Source: Candidatus Dadabacteria bacterium | GTDB taxonomy: Bacteria; Desulfobacterota_D; UBA1144; Nemesobacterales; JAJCZQ01 | NCBI GenBank assembly: GCA_030624695.1 | Contig: JAUXJP010000001.1 | Coordinates: forward strand, 1 to 26,189 | Length of the DNA stretch: 26,189 bases | Direction of reading: 5' to 3' | In this document: piece by piece, positions 26,009 through 26,189 of the stretch | Layout of the letters: every line of letters begins with the position of its first letter | Numbering within the stretch: position 1 is the first letter of the stretch | Position numbers and translations under genes: made by a program | The notes under the pieces: model-generated | Seen by the model: only the letters and a program-made list of their open reading frames with translations | Databases searched by the model: none | What the model was told of the DNA's origin: nothing

Positions 26009-26124
26009 AGCTATGGCAGAAAAAAACTAATGCTAAGGAACTTTATTCAAATCTTTATTTAGGAATTAAATCCCACATTCCGCAGTTCAAAAAAACTACT
26101 AAATAAGATATATTAGTATTAGTA

Positions 26125-26189
26125 TTATTTTCTATTTAGGTAATCTATCCCAACCCTCTCGGTCCAAAACACTAACTTAAAAAGCAACA
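26125..26189 (-). CDS. Possible 3' end of a convergent gene entering from the right edge
   Basis: One minus-strand frame is open from the edge: ...LLFKLVFWTERVGIDYLNRK* (TAA at 26125-26127). Too short to identify. Confidence 0.25.
   Translation of the reverse strand, partial: LLFKLVFWTERVGIDYLNRK

Noticed and set aside
26109-26130. TATTAG-TATTAG-TATT short tandem repeat
   Set aside because: Only about 2.5 low-complexity copies; no spacers, so not CRISPR or an iteron array.

Overview
Compact, AT-rich bacterial chromosomal window, mostly housekeeping genes. The protein style and futalosine-pathway genes suggest a Deltaproteobacteria/Desulfobacterota-like organism (inference only). Gene order: a 3'-truncated lipoprotein multicopper oxidase missing from the supplied ORF track (minus strand, runs off the left edge), tRNA-His(GTG), ychF, a FecBCD/BtuFCD-type ABC importer, class 2 pyrD, argJ-recO-mgtE, a partial futalosine menaquinone cluster (mqnP/UbiA-like, UbiX-like, UbiD-like, mqnE) with a small ferritin-like ORF inside it, a hypothetical protein, a divergent uvrA, a HAD hydrolase, glyA-nrdR-tatD-pdxA, a class III sirtuin and nuoABCD. 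I found no mobile element, CRISPR array or rRNA. The most notable anomalies are: (1) an in-frame TGA in pyrD, 31 codons before the conserved true end; (2) a ~180-nt isocitrate/isopropylmalate-dehydrogenase-family remnant that joins the gene's N- and C-termini out of frame; (3) a nuo operon that stops after nuoD at a 5-codon stub; (4) an acidic, Cys-bounded insertion in the multicopper oxidase. I see no convincing complete novel multi-gene system here.
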